DNA of 64,000 bases, taken from the human T2T-CHM13v2.0 reference genome, Homo sapiens. Position numbers and translations under genes: made by a program. The notes below the pieces were generated by a model, which ran no database searches, was not told the origin of the DNA, and saw only the letters and a program-made list of their open reading frames with translations. This document shows positions 33,311 through 50,429 of this stretch, one piece after another; position 1 is the stretch's first letter, and each line of letters begins with the position of its first letter. The stretch lies in NCBI RefSeq assembly GCF_009914755.1, contig NC_060942.1; one strand, given 5' to 3'.

Positions 33311-34073
33311 AGAGGAGGAGGTTAACCTTGGTCATGATGGATGAGTGGAAGGTGTAAGTTGAGATAATGCTGTAGGTATAGCTAGCTACATATACAAAGA
33401 CACTGAAGTGCATGAGGTGAGACTGAACCCCGGGTCCACTGGATGGGCATTTCATTTCTATAAATTATTCTTGTCCTTAGAACAATTGGTTGTTGCTTAT
33501 ATCCATGTGGGATTTTAGATATCTAAAGAATGTTTTCTTTAATATATGGTCAAGATGGCTGGAATCATTAATGCTGTTATCTTAATCTGTAATGCACAGT
33601 GCCTGTAATACCTGGGCTCTTCATGCAGCTTTTCTATAATATAAAATTTAGCCAAATTACATTTGTTAATTCTCTCATAGTATGGTAAAAATTACTTACA
33701 TTTTAACCTGAATTAACATTTTTAGGTAAATTACTGATGGAACTTTATTTGGAGGATGTTTGTAAAAGTCCTCCTATTTCTATCTGAAAATACAGCAAAA
33801 CTTAAATTTTAGTGGTTAAGGCATGTACTGAAGTCAGGAAAATCTGTATGTGGCATTTCATTTATTTAGCTGTGTGAGCTAGGGAAAGTTTTTCCCCCTT
33901 CTTTGAGCCTTAATTTTCTCACCTGTAAAACAAGATAATAATACCTACTTGGTAGGCTTGCTGAGAGGAATAAATGGATTATAGTGTAGATTTGTAGTTT
34001 ATAGCATGAGATCTGACATAGAGTAAGCATTTGTATTTATGATTATCCTTGAAATAGATTTCACAATTATTAA

Positions 34074-34429
<356 letters not shown>

Positions 34430-35960
34430 TCAAGGATTTTTTTTAAATGTAAAATTACCTAGTCTGAATGAATGTATTGCAGACCCTGACTTTTTTAGGA
34501 GGTTTCAGTTTTCTTGCTTGAGCTGGCAATAGGGGAGGCTGTAGGTAACAAGTCAGCAGATGTTGTGAACAGTGAGAGGAAGGCACGGAGGGACCTCAGA
34601 CCACTTTGGATTCACTAGAGATGTTTCATGTGTGCACTGTGACTCTTGCACAGGCAAATAGATATCTTGGTGGATTTAATCTGTAAATATTAGGGATCAT
34701 CTAAAAGGTATATTCCTTGCCTTAGTTGGCCTCTAATAAAGGAAAAAAGAAGGGTTTTTGAATTGCCTGACCTTAGTCTTGTCTTTCTGACTAATTAGAT
34801 TACTGCTTCTGTCAGTTTTGTCTTACAGCTTCTTAGTCTCTTATTAACTTCTCTTAGCTGGATGCATTTATAATGCAAATGTCTGATAGAACTGAAAAGT
34901 GAGCTTCGTTGGATGGTAGTATTGTGTGAACAACAGAAGAAATTCAGAAAAAGAGTAGAGCCCATGAAAAGACAATTAAGGAATCCTATTGGGGAGAATA
35001 TAAAACTTTAATTTTTGTCATTTTGAGCTATTGGTATTGCCAGTGACAGTAAAAGGGAAAGGCTGGTAGAAAGAGCACAGGGCCCTTAGATTGAAAGAGC
35101 CTGGGCTCAAAATCCAGGTCTGTCACTAATTGTGCGGTATGGGGCAAGTTACTGTCTTTGAGCCTGAGTTTCTCTAAATGTAAAATGGAAATAATGACTC
35201 ACTACAGATTTTTTAGGAATCGACGAAAAAAAGTATGTAGAAGAGCTTAACACAGAGGCACTCAAGTTTACTTGACTCCAACGAAAAGGCAGTCACTGTT
35301 TTGGCCTGCTTAAATCTTTTCTTTTCCTTCTGAAACACTGAAAAAAAAATAAGCTAGAATTCAAACCCACTGTTAATTTTGAGCTGTATATTAGGTTATG
35401 ATCTTATTTACTTAAAAAAGTTACTTGGTTGCATGCTTTTCTTCTTAAAAAAAGGAAGTTACTTGGATTTTCAATTGGACTCAATTGGAATTTCTTGAGG
35501 TATAGACATTTCAGAGTCTAATGAGAAGCTAGATTCTAGAGAAAAGACTAGACTGTACTCAAAGAAGGGGGTGGGTGGGAACTCAGCTTATTCTTTGAAT
35601 CATTCCAGCCTAGCTAGGTTGTTTTTTCCAGTTTTAAGCCTGGTCCTGGAATGCCTCTTTATTTCAAAGTGAAACAAAATTGAAATGGCCCAGTAAGTAG
35701 TGTAAAGATGTTAATGAGAACTTTTAATGTTTTATTCCTTTATTGAAAGTGTCTGACATAGACATTACAATGAATGTAAAATAGGTGATATTCTTTAAAC
35801 ACACCAAAAAAACAATTTTCAAAGCCATTTTCAGGCCACCTGTAACTTGATAGGGATGAATAACAGTTTATGCCAGTTGAAAAAAACCGAGAGCTAAGAT
35901 TTATCAGTTTATCTTCACTATTTAGTTTGTTTCTTTCTTTATTGTTTGTTTACTTACTAC

Positions 35961-36247
<287 letters not shown>

Positions 36248-36815
36248 AGCTTCTTTTATTTTATAAACATTATCTCAGCCCTTCTTATACAACTTTGAAG
36301 AGGTCGACTTCGGACTTTGAAATTAAGTTGCTCAAATGTTATGCTAGTGTGTATACGTTCAGGTTTTTTGCAGGAATAGAAGAGAAGGGTGGCAAGGATT
36401 AAAAAAAGATTAAATAACTTGCATCTTTCTCTCTTAACAGGAGCATTGTAAGCCAAGGAGGCAGGGCTTTTCATTTCTTATCTGCCTGCCTGTATATATG
36501 GAGGCCTGATTTTCTTCCTTAAACTCCTTGGTTTCTTAGACCTACTATGTTCTTTTAAAGCTTTGATGTCATCAAACAATCAGGTGGCTAATAATAAGGT
36601 CATGGCCTTTGTAATCATCTGGCCCTAGGATCTAACATAATTTCTGCCAATAATTAGTGATGTGACCTAACCTTGAGAAGTTTTCATAACTCATTTAAAT
36701 TTCTGGGAATAATACCCACCTTGCAGGAAACTTTAAGAATTAAATAATGTGTAAAAAGCTTAGTGCCTGACACATAGTACTTCTAATAATAATAGCTAAT
36801 GATAGCCAACACTAA

Positions 36816-37168
<353 letters not shown>

Positions 37169-37319
37169 TGAAGTACATCTTTTAATGCTCTCAAGAACCC
37201 TATGAAGTACATGCCGTTATTTTTCTGTTTTTATAAATGAGGAAACAGGCTCTAGAGCTGAGCTTTTAGCCATTTTGCTATATTGTCTCTCCATACATAG
37301 GATATTTATGGAATATTAG

Positions 37320-37757
<438 letters not shown>

Positions 37758-37872
37758 AGAAGGATGGTACTTTTAAAATTAGTTTGGTGATATTAGACAG
37801 GATGTTTTGGATTGAGAAAAAGGGATCAGCCAGAAGACTTACAGTAATGCACAGACATGAAATAATGTCTGA

Positions 37873-38224
<352 letters not shown>

Positions 38225-38974
38225 CTTCATTGGTTTTTAAAAGTTTAAATGTAATACATATAATGGCAAAAAATTCAAACAGTAAGCAAGGCTACATATT
38301 ATAGTATATATACATAACAGTACAGAGTAGGGATACAAGAATATGTATTATGATAAAAAATATATGTTGCATATATTATATATGTTAACCCATGATACAT
38401 CCCACCTTCTAACTTTCCACATTCTAACACCTCTGAAAGTGGGATGTATCACTGTTATCTAATATTCCATAAATACTCTACATATGGAGAGACAATACAA
38501 CAAAACAGTTAAAAGCTCAGCTCCAGAGCCTGTTTCCTCATTTGTAAAAACAGAATAATAACAGTATGTACTTCATAGGTACATAGGTACTTGATAGGTA
38601 TTTAATGCTTCTTGAGAGCATTAAGAGATGTATTTCATGGAAAGTGTTTAATATTCTGCCTGGCAGTAAAGACTAAATTTTCTTCCCACTCCAGATCTTG
38701 ATTCCTCTCCTTAGAGACAGCAGCTGTTACTGGTTTCTTTTATGATGTCTCTGTTGAGATATTTTGATAGAAAAAGCAGTAAAAAATGGAAACTGGCACA
38801 TTTCTAGATTTTATTGACTTTCTTAAGAACTTTGACAGATCTGAAATTTTACCCCATTTGTAAGCTAACAAGTTAACCTGCCTCAGTTTCATGGATGCTG
38901 GCAGGAGGCAGCATCCTGGGTCAGTAGGCAGCATGAACTTCATGTCAGTTCCCTTTGACATTCATATCTCACGG

Positions 38975-39391
38975 TAAGGGAGGAGACCACCCCTCATATT
39001 GTCTTATGCCCAATTTCTGCCTCCAAAAAAAGAAGAAGTAAAAACTAAAAGGCAGAAATGAAATCCACAAGCAGATAGCCCGGTGCCACACCCTGGGCCT
39101 GGTAAAGATCAACCCCTGACCTAATTGGTTATTTATAGATTACAGACATTGTATAGAAAAGCACTGTGAAAATCCCTGTCCTGTTCTGTTCCATTCTACC
39201 CCCTGCTTGCTCAATCGATCACGACCCTCCCAAACAGACCCCCTTAGAGTTGTGAGCCCCTAAAAGGGACAGGAATTGCTCACTTGGGGAGCTCGGTTGT
39301 TGGAGACAAGAGTCTTGCCGAAGCTCCCGGCTGAATAAAGCCCTTCCTTCTCAGTGTCTGAGGGGTTTTGTCTGTGGCTTGTCCTGCTACA
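38975..39391 (+). mobile_element. HERV-E-family (LTR2/LTR2B-like) solo LTR, sense orientation in NDUFV2 intron 1
   Basis: Starts TAAGGGAGGAGACCACCCCTCATATT; ends GTCCTGCTACA; AATAAA at 39334; TSD ACGG/ATGG. Confidence 0.85.
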
Positions 39392-41010
39392 ATGGGAGTG
39401 ACATGGAACAGCCTAGGTGAGTGCTGTGCATCACTGCTAAGGGACCTTGAGCTTGGGAAACCCTGTCTGTAAGAAAACTCACTCAACTTTTGCCCCAGGA
39501 GAAGGTATTTTATACAAAAATAATAGAAAAGATGGTCTGAAACAAAAGCTGTTCAGTGCTGCTGCTCACCAAATGCACAAACCTAAGACCCATGGAAATC
39601 TTTCTACCAGCCTATTTCTTCCTCCTTCCCCACTTTCTTTAACTAAAAGAGAAATTTATGAATTAATTTCAGTGGAGAAGTAGATGGTTTTTTAACCATC
39701 AAATACATTATAATTTTACTAGAAAAAGTATAAGCATTATACATATGGATATAAAGAAAAAATAATTATGTGCAAATGCAAGAATATTGGCAGTATGTTG
39801 TGTTTGACAGTAACTCTTTGATAAAGTCAACTAACAGCACAATTTTTTAAAAATAGGTGTAGTTTTAAAATGCAGTTGTTTGGATCTTTTTTTTTTTTTT
39901 TTAGTTATTAAATGTTTTATCCTTGTGTCAGTTAAGCAGGTGATAATGCTTTACAGGTTATATAGTACTTTCAGAGAAACTTTACTTAAATCTCAAAATA
40001 GTCCAATAAGAAGATAACCCTGTTTTATAGGTACAGAAATTGAGGCTTAAAAAAAAATTAAGTGAGTTGTTCTAGGTCAGATGTTAGTAAGTGGCAGAAT
40101 GGTAATCTAAACCCAAGGCCTCAACAACTACAAAAAATCTGAAAGTCTGTTTTTTTCCTAGAGTTTAGCTACTTTATCCTGACCCTTCTCAATCAGTAGT
40201 CTGTCTTCAACGATTTGGACTTCAAACCACTTTTAGAAATATGTCTGTGAACTCATGTGCGTATCCAGAGCTTTACAAGTCAGCAAGAGAATGCCTCAGA
40301 ATAGATTTTCCAATATGTAGCAACATAAGCCTAAAGAATAATTTTCAAGATTATCTCTATATTTTTATTTTAAGTAAAAGTACATGACAGATCCTGGATT
40401 AATGAGAAAGGGATCAAATATTAATCCAAAATGGAAGCTATTTTAATTTAGACATTTGGTGGTATTTAATTTGATATACAAGGAGGTTAGAAGGAGAAAT
40501 AGGTTTTACAATAGAGATAAGTTTTTCTTATACCTGCTGAGTGTTTTATTTTAAGTAGGATTTTTTTGGCCAGTTAATCCATGCTAATAGGAAATTTGGA
40601 AAATAGAGAAAAATATAAAAAATGTAAAATAAGAGTCCCTTATTTCATTAACATCGTAATAAGAGATAAGCACTTTTAATTATTTATGGCCTTCTAGTCT
40701 TTTAATCAGTGTCTGTATTTAATGTAATTGGGATGATAATTTATGCATTTTTGTTTTTTTTGTTTTGTTTAACCCTGATTCCAGTTTCTACATGATTATT
40801 TTTACGACATATTTTTGTTAGCTACATAACGTTCTAGTGTCAGAATTATTAGTATTTAGTTAAAACCTGCTCAGATTGGGTTTTTAGGTTGTGTTTTTGC
40901 TGCAATAAACATAATAGGAACAACATGTTTTCATGTAAAGCTTTATCCTCATTTTGTACTGCAGGAAAAATACCTAGGTTAGAATTACTAAATTAAAAAA
41001 TGGACACTTG

Positions 41011-41318
<308 letters not shown>

Positions 41319-42478
41319 TTAGGCTTTCCATATATCATGGTAATTTGCTTTCTAAAAGGCTATATGAATTTTTAAGTGTGCTTGTTTCTCTATATGCTCA
41401 ACAGAATGGAATGCTATCTTAAAAGAAAAAAGATACTTGGTAGTTTGATAACTAGTAATGTTATTTTAAGTTGTATGTTTTTAGTTACTAGTAAGCAGTT
41501 TGAATTCTGTGAAACTTTTGTTCATGATCTTTACTCATTTTTTAAGTGCATTTATGATCTCTTCAGGCTATTAGCCTCTTGTCATCAAATGTGTGTAAGA
41601 TTTAAGACTCATCACTGTCAAGTTAATGGATGAGTTCTCAGAGGCAAAGGCTTTATAGAGAAAAGAAGATAGGAGTGTGAACTGAGCCCTGAGGACAGCC
41701 TGCAAGGAGTGGATAAAAAGCCAATAAACAGAAAATGTTAGTGTTCAGAAATTAGGAGAAGACTGAATACTTTCCCTACTCTTAAAATTAATCCTTCTTT
41801 TATTATAAGTATACAGTCTTTTCTCTCAGAATTTAGTTAAGTAACTCACTGATGTTACTCAAAAATTGTTACTCGATTAAAAAAATTTTCTGAGCTAAGA
41901 TGACAGTGACTGTCTTCTAAATTTTAGTTTCAGTTAATTTTTCAAAACAAAACCAACACAATCAAAGCCCCCTTGTGCACCTCTGACTGTATCCCTCCCT
42001 GCCTTCCAATTATCCTGAAATTGATATTTATCACTCCCATCTTTTGTACGTGTGTCTCACATCCTGTACCTTAGTCTTTTCTTGTTAATTAAAGCAGATG
42101 TTCCATGTAAACTTATTTATTAATATTTCTTCAACTGAAATATCATTTGGACCTAGGGTAAAGTTAAATATACTATTGTGTTATATTACTCCGTTTACTT
42201 TCTTCTATGTTTGCCTTTGAATTGTCCAACTCTTTGCTAGTTCCATGCTTGGTTTAACCCAGCCAGTGTTCTGCCGTCTGTGGTTAGTAGAACTCAGAAA
42301 TTGGAGGAATCCAGAACAGTAGTTGAAATACTTGGGGGCGGGGGACAGGGTAGGAGTGGAGGGTAGGAGCAAGAGGGCAAAGAGAAATGAAATGCAGCTG
42401 AGAGAATAATCAGATTCCTTCCAAAGCAACTGAACATTGTCAGTCCGCATAGCATCATAAATAGCTTTCTGAAACTAC

Positions 42479-42774
<296 letters not shown>

Positions 42775-43277
42775 AGAAACTACTTTTTACGGCTGGAGTT
42801 TCAGAACTAATTTAGTAAAGGATTGAAAAGGAAGGAGGATACAGTTGACTCATTTGTACAGAGTATATGACTCATTTGTACAGAATGAAAACATGTTTAT
42901 GAAGGTTCACACTAAGTGAAAGCTGGCATCCAAGTTGATTCAGACAAAAGTGAAAGTCAAGAAGTTAATAGTACATTAATTCTCCAAATGCATGCCAGCA
43001 GAGTGTGGCAGGAAGGTACACAAGTCAGCAGATCTGGGTTGTCCTGGTTCTCCTATTGACTCGTGTGTGTGATGTTAGGTGGGTGAATCTTGGCTTTGAA
43101 TCTCCATTTGTAAAATAACTCTCCTGAAATAGAGATGGATAGGGTAGAATACCATATTTCTTAAGATCTTTTATAAGTTGATTCCATTGTTGTAAATTAT
43201 GAATCCTAAAGTATTTCTTTATGAAAAATTTTTTAAGGCTATGATTTACTAAACTTTCTTAAAATTTTAAATTTTAG

Positions 43278-43445
<168 letters not shown>

Positions 43446-44255
43446 TGATGGTCATCGTGAGAATTTACATACAGCTAATTGAATTTACTACATTTCAAAA
43501 GATGTTGGTTCCAGTTGAACCTCATGAGTTTAAATTAGTATCAGGAAAACTCTGGGAATAAGAATTTATTTCCAGTGAAATTACTGTGTGAGCCCTAACC
43601 TGATTCTCATCACACTTTGGGTTCTCAGTCATGTTGGCTTACTGAGAGTTTGGAGATTGTAACTTGTTGAATCCCAAAATGACACTAGTTTGAAACTCAT
43701 GGATTTTAGTAATGTAGTAACTAGATTAGCAGCTGGTCTTTATATTTTTAGTTTCCGGAGTTTTAACTATAAATAGAAGTCTGTGAACTCCCCAGATTAG
43801 TTGCACAATTTGGAAAGGATAAGATATTATATCTCCCTTTTCTGACAAGGTGCTGTTTTCAGGGATTAATCTAGTATAAAGGCAATATAGTGGACTTGTG
43901 TGATGATTTAGAGTTAGTGGTGTAAGAAGTAGCTTCCTGCTATATATCAAGCATCAAATTGGCCACATATTTGAGATCATTGTCCAGAGTGTCTGTTTTC
44001 TTTCCTCTTTTGGCTTATGTCCTTTAAAAAGCAGAACTCCGAGAGTTAACATATCAAGAGATTCATTTCTGTATTCACCACACATACATAACATTAATTG
44101 ATCGTAAGTGTTAATCTCAGTGTGACTCATTTGATTTCCTGTTGACATGCCATTTCTTGTCAGTTTTTGAAGAGGGCCTGCTTCTGCTCTTTTAAGAAGA
44201 GATAAAGCTTCTTGCTGTTGGCTATTATGGAAAACGTGGGAAAGAGATGGTGCTG

Positions 44256-44289
<34 letters not shown>

Positions 44290-44769
44290 GGTCCTTTTGT
44301 ACCCTCCTAAAGTAATGGGTCTTAACCCTTTTGGATCCCAGATCCCTTTGACAATCTGATAACCTTGCTTTTGGGAAAATACACATATGTTCACATTTAA
44401 AATTTTGTGTTTTAATTTCATAAAGGCTTCCAATAATTGGTAATGTTTTGGTAATTCTATCAGAAGATCTTACTCTCTAAGGAAGCTGGATAACACTTTT
44501 TGTTGTTTGGGTTTTTTTGGTCCTAAAGGTACTTCTCTTATTCTTTAAATGGTCCTTTGTAAATTTTTAAATTCTGCTAACTTTACTTTGGTAATCATAC
44601 TCATCAAATGTGTGTTTAGACATTCTTTTTGATGGAAGGATAGGGTGGTATATATCATGTTGGAATTAAAATGGAGAGATTAAACAATAAGTAATAGTAT
44701 AGTAATGTACAGTGTCATTCACACTTGAGAGAATTTGGATAAGTCTGAAAAACTGTTTTTGTTGTGTAG

Positions 44770-44832
44770 CACAGAGATACTCCTGAGAATAACCCTGATA
44801 CTCCATTTGATTTCACACCAGAAAACTATAAG
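44770..44832 (+). CDS. NDUFV2: NDUFV2 exon 3 (aa 41-61)
   Basis: tgtAG acceptor; HRDTPENNPDTPFDFTPENYK; donor GTATGG; 63 nt; followed by an 85-bp intron. Confidence 0.98.
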
Positions 44833-44893
44833 GTATGGCTAAATTAACATTATAATTAATTTACCAAATAGGTAATATTTTCTAGATGTATAA

Positions 44894-45055
<162 letters not shown>

Positions 45056-46419
45056 TAGTTCTAAAAGAGAAGAGATTGTGTATGATAATTTCCTTTTATA
45101 GAAATTACTCTGATCATCTCCAGTGTCAGAATCTAGGATTTTGGAGCCCTTTAGCCATTTGTATGTTTCCTTGAATTGTCTTTGTGTTTTTGTTCATTCC
45201 CTTAATGCATAGAGGTGATTTCTAACCTTGCAGGAAATAAGGAAGGCATTATGGTGAAAGAGGGTATGTGTTTTTTTTTTTCCTTTTGAAGGAAATGGTC
45301 AAAGATAAAAGATTCCAAATGTGTATAACTTAGTGTCAAGATATTCTGAAAATTAATGTAATATTTAAACACTAGAATTACAGAAAAGAAGATCTGCTCA
45401 CTAGTATGAAAATTTTTAATATTTTACATCTTTGGCTGTAGGCTGTAAGAAAAATCTGTATAATAGGTGATATTTATACAATTTGATTATGCTACTTTGG
45501 AATCAACGACCTATAGAAATGCTATGGATGACCCATTTTATTCAAAGTTACTCTATTCATATAATATTCATTTTTCCTAATAGTTTTGAGCAGTAATACA
45601 AATTTCAAGTTTATTCGTATCCTGTTAATACAAATAACTACATTTGTGTGGTGATGTATTACAGCATATCATTTATAAAGTGCCATACACAAACCACATA
45701 CTATTTGATTATGATGAGAATCACATAACCATTAAGCTGTGTTATATAATGGAAAATATTTTTGACTTAGAACTAAGACACCTGATTTTTCTCTGAACTT
45801 CCTCATTGGCAATGAAAGTTTTGAACCAGGTAGACCTCTTCTAATTATTAAGTTATGATTTCTGAGCGGTAGTGCTAGGACTGAATTCATTTCTAAATCA
45901 GTGCATTTTCTACTTGACTGACTATAACAGAGATTTTGTTGTACTTCATTCTTACCACTTTCTAAACTTAATTTGGTTATAACTCTTAGGCTAGACAATC
46001 ATCTTTCTGAGAGAATAGGAATGTCCTCAATTTATCTAATAGAATCCTAAATGCAAATTTTAGATTTAGTTTATTGATATTTTATTTTATTTGCATTGTA
46101 TAGTACTATAACACTGGTATTTTTTCCCTATGAAAAATATTATAAAGCAAGTTTAGTGAGTTACTATCCTGAGTAAACATAGGTGGTTATTTCTTCGATA
46201 AATTATGTATTTCTTGGGAAGTTACTTAACATTTTTTTAAATTAAAATAGCCAACTTTATAATGATTTAGGTATATGTTTCTAATTATAATGTTATTATT
46301 TTGAAAAAATCATATTTTTAGTAATGGTAAGCCTGTTGGAAATCTTGCTGAGTGGCACGTTAGCAGAGCAAAATAAAAATAAATAAGAAACTGAAAGTGA
46401 AAACATTTAAAAAATAAGA

Positions 46420-46530
46420 CAGGCATGGTGGTGCATGCCTGTAGACCCAGGTACTCAGGATGTTGATGTGGGAGGATTGCTTGAGCTTAAGACCAGCCTG
46501 GGCAAGATGGTGAGACCCTATCTCTTAAAA
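46420..46530 (+). mobile_element. Alu monomer (FLAM-like, deleted)
   Basis: ggcatggtggtgcatgcctgtag...gaccagcctgggcaagatggtgagacc. Confidence 0.75.
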
Positions 46531-47959
46531 AATATGTATTTATATATTGTCCTATTATATTTAGGGTTGGATTTGTGTGGGGGAAAGGCAGGAAGTGTAG
46601 GGTATAGGGAATAGACTCAAGATTCTTTGCACTTTACATTTGGGACTTTTATTTTAATGTTACTGCCCCTCCCCCCAACCCATGAAACACCTAACCTTAC
46701 AACAAAAAATATCCAGAAGCTTAATAATTATTTATTTAACCGTCACTAAGGTGTAGGGAGATGTGCAGAATTCCAGGAAGGAGTCTTTTCCTAATTAGAC
46801 AGTCAGAGCCTCATTCCAGATTTATTATTCCTTTGGTAGGGTTCCAGCATGTATATTTTGATAGAGAGCTCCCCAGATTCAGGGATACGTCCTTGATTCA
46901 GAACTGCCGAATGAAATAGCACAATTACTTTATCTGTCACAAGTGAGCCATGATTAGATGTCTTTTGAGAATATATTTCCTTTAGAATTCCTAATATGAG
47001 AAAGTTAACATACTTGTCTGAAATGCCCGCTCTTCTTTTATATTAGAATATGGATATATCTATAATTTTTAAGAATGCCAGATAGTAAGTCTTAATGATA
47101 ATAGGTCACCTAGAAAGTTGTAGACAGAATTATAAATCACGATAGACAAGGACCAGCCCTGGCAAACAGCTAGAAATCCTCGTTTTCCCTAACAGACTTG
47201 CCCTAAGAAAAGATGCTGAGTTAGTGATCCCCTTAGTCCTGAACACCAGAATGTCAAAACAATTGTTTTCTATTAATGTCTTGACGTGAAGGGTTAGAAA
47301 GTACTAGACTATATGATTCAACTTTCAAAAGTGTATTGTGATATGAAATAGAAGTAGTGTGCTGGATTCTGGGAGAGGAGTGTGTGATTGTGTATGATAA
47401 TATGTGTATACATATATGTAGAGATATAAAATTTTGAGTTTACATATTTAAAATATGGGCCAATAGTGAGCTTTGATTTTCAACCTTTTTTTCTGTTGCT
47501 GTACCATTTGTATGTAGGCTGTTTGGAAAAAATTGGTGAGAGTTTAAAAAATCTAATTGCTTCTTTTATTGGGGTTTGGCCATCAATTTTTTGCCATTTA
47601 GACAGATTATAAAATGTGAGTTGACATGATCAAAGTAGAAATTCTTAATAGTGAAATACTTAAAGATTTAGAGAAAAAGAATATCCTTTTACAGAGGTGA
47701 GAAGTAGGGTAGAAGGAGGAAGTGCTGTTAACTCCATTAACTTTCGGGCTCTGTATGGTTTAAGTGTAAGTACATTGTCTGCAAAAATTGAAGAGTTTAT
47801 ATCTCCCAGTTATCCAAGACAAGTATGTTTTCTGCTCTTGAAGAACTTTTCTGTTTTTACCAAATTGAGACAATATTGAAATTATACTTTGTACAACATA
47901 ATTAAAGCTCCATTACTAACACTGTAATTATCTTATTTTTAAATGTCCTAATATTTTAG

Positions 47960-48553
<594 letters not shown>

Positions 48554-48931
48554 TGAAACAGATGTTATTACAGTAGCATTTGAAAAGTAAATTAGCATTT
48601 TAAAAGTAAATGGGCATTTTCCCCTACAAAACTGCCATTGCTACACTTCTAACTATATATGTCAAATGAAGTAATATTTTGTTATTGAATATAATATGTG
48701 CATGTTGTAAAAATAGCTGGGTGGTATTGAAATATATAAAACAGCTGAAGTTGGCTCAAACCCCCCCACCCCCAACACCATCAAGGTATAAATCCTGATA
48801 ACAATTGGATATATTAGTTGTAGATTTTATATCATTTTAATTATTAAATATATAAATGTACTACATGTATGCTTGCTTTTTAGACTTTATTTTGGCTGTA
48901 TTTCTACAGCACAATATATATGTCTGCCTCA

Positions 48932-49237
48932 TTTTTTTTTTCTGTTTTTTTGAGTTGAGGTCTCACTTTGTCACCAGGCTGGAATGCAGTGGCTGGATCA
49001 TGGCTCACTGCAGCCTCCAATTCCTGGGCTCAAGTGATCTTCTGCCTCACCCTTCCAAGTAGCTGTAGCTATGGGTGCATGCTGCCAAGCCCAGCTAATT
49101 GATTTTTGTTTGTTTTTGTAGAGAGGGGTCTTGCTATGTTGCCCAGGCTGGTGGTTGTGAAATCCTGGCCTCAAGCAATCCTCCTACCTTGGCCTCCCAA
49201 GTGCTGGGATCACAGGTGTGAGCCACCATGCTTGGCC
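48932..49237 (-). mobile_element. AluJ
   Basis: Alu consensus. Confidence 0.88.
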
Positions 49238-49630
49238 TGCCTCATTTTTCTTTTACAAACAGTTACTTTGATGTACACACACATCTTTGCGTACTTGTCC
49301 TGTTGTATGCTGAGATAGTTTACAAGAAGTAGAATTGTAGGGTCAGACTTTACCGTATTTTTCCCAAATGCCTTCCCTAAATGTATGAGACTACCCATTT
49401 TCTTCACATCCCTTGATAATCTTTGACGTTAGGAGTTTTCTGAGTCTTTGCCAAATCTGATAATGTGACTGTGATTTTAGTAGTTTAATTATTACAATCA
49501 AAATGAAAATAATACAGCCTGATGCACTGCTGTATAACAGTAAACACTGGTGATAAGTCCTCTGAAATTTGATTGCTTTTAAAGGAACAAGTCCACTAAA
49601 AACTTCCTTGAATGTTAAAATTACATAGAG

Positions 49631-50194
<564 letters not shown>

Positions 50195-50319
50195 TCTTTT
50201 TAAAAAACTTAATAGTCTTAAACTTTTAATATACCTCTATAAAAATTCTTTTTTTTTTTTTAAACCAAATGACTATTAAAATATAACCTGGTCCTTAGAG
50301 TGTTTATTTGTATTTTTAG

Positions 50320-50429
50320 GAATAAAGGTTGGGGAGACTACACCTGACAAACTTTTCACTCTTATAGAAGTGGAATGTTTAGGGGCCTGTGTGAACGCAC
50401 CAATGGTTCAAATAAATGACAATTACTAT
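50320..50429 (+). CDS. NDUFV2: NDUFV2 exon 6 (aa 157-193, cluster ligands C176 and C180)
   Basis: ttttAG acceptor; (G)[36 protein letters not shown]; CLGAC motif; donor GTGAGT; 110 nt. Confidence 0.98.

Noticed and set aside
43954-44433. 159-aa minus-strand ORF with poly-Lys
   Set aside because: Poly-Lys is a genomic poly-T run; non-ATG start and no recognisable homology.
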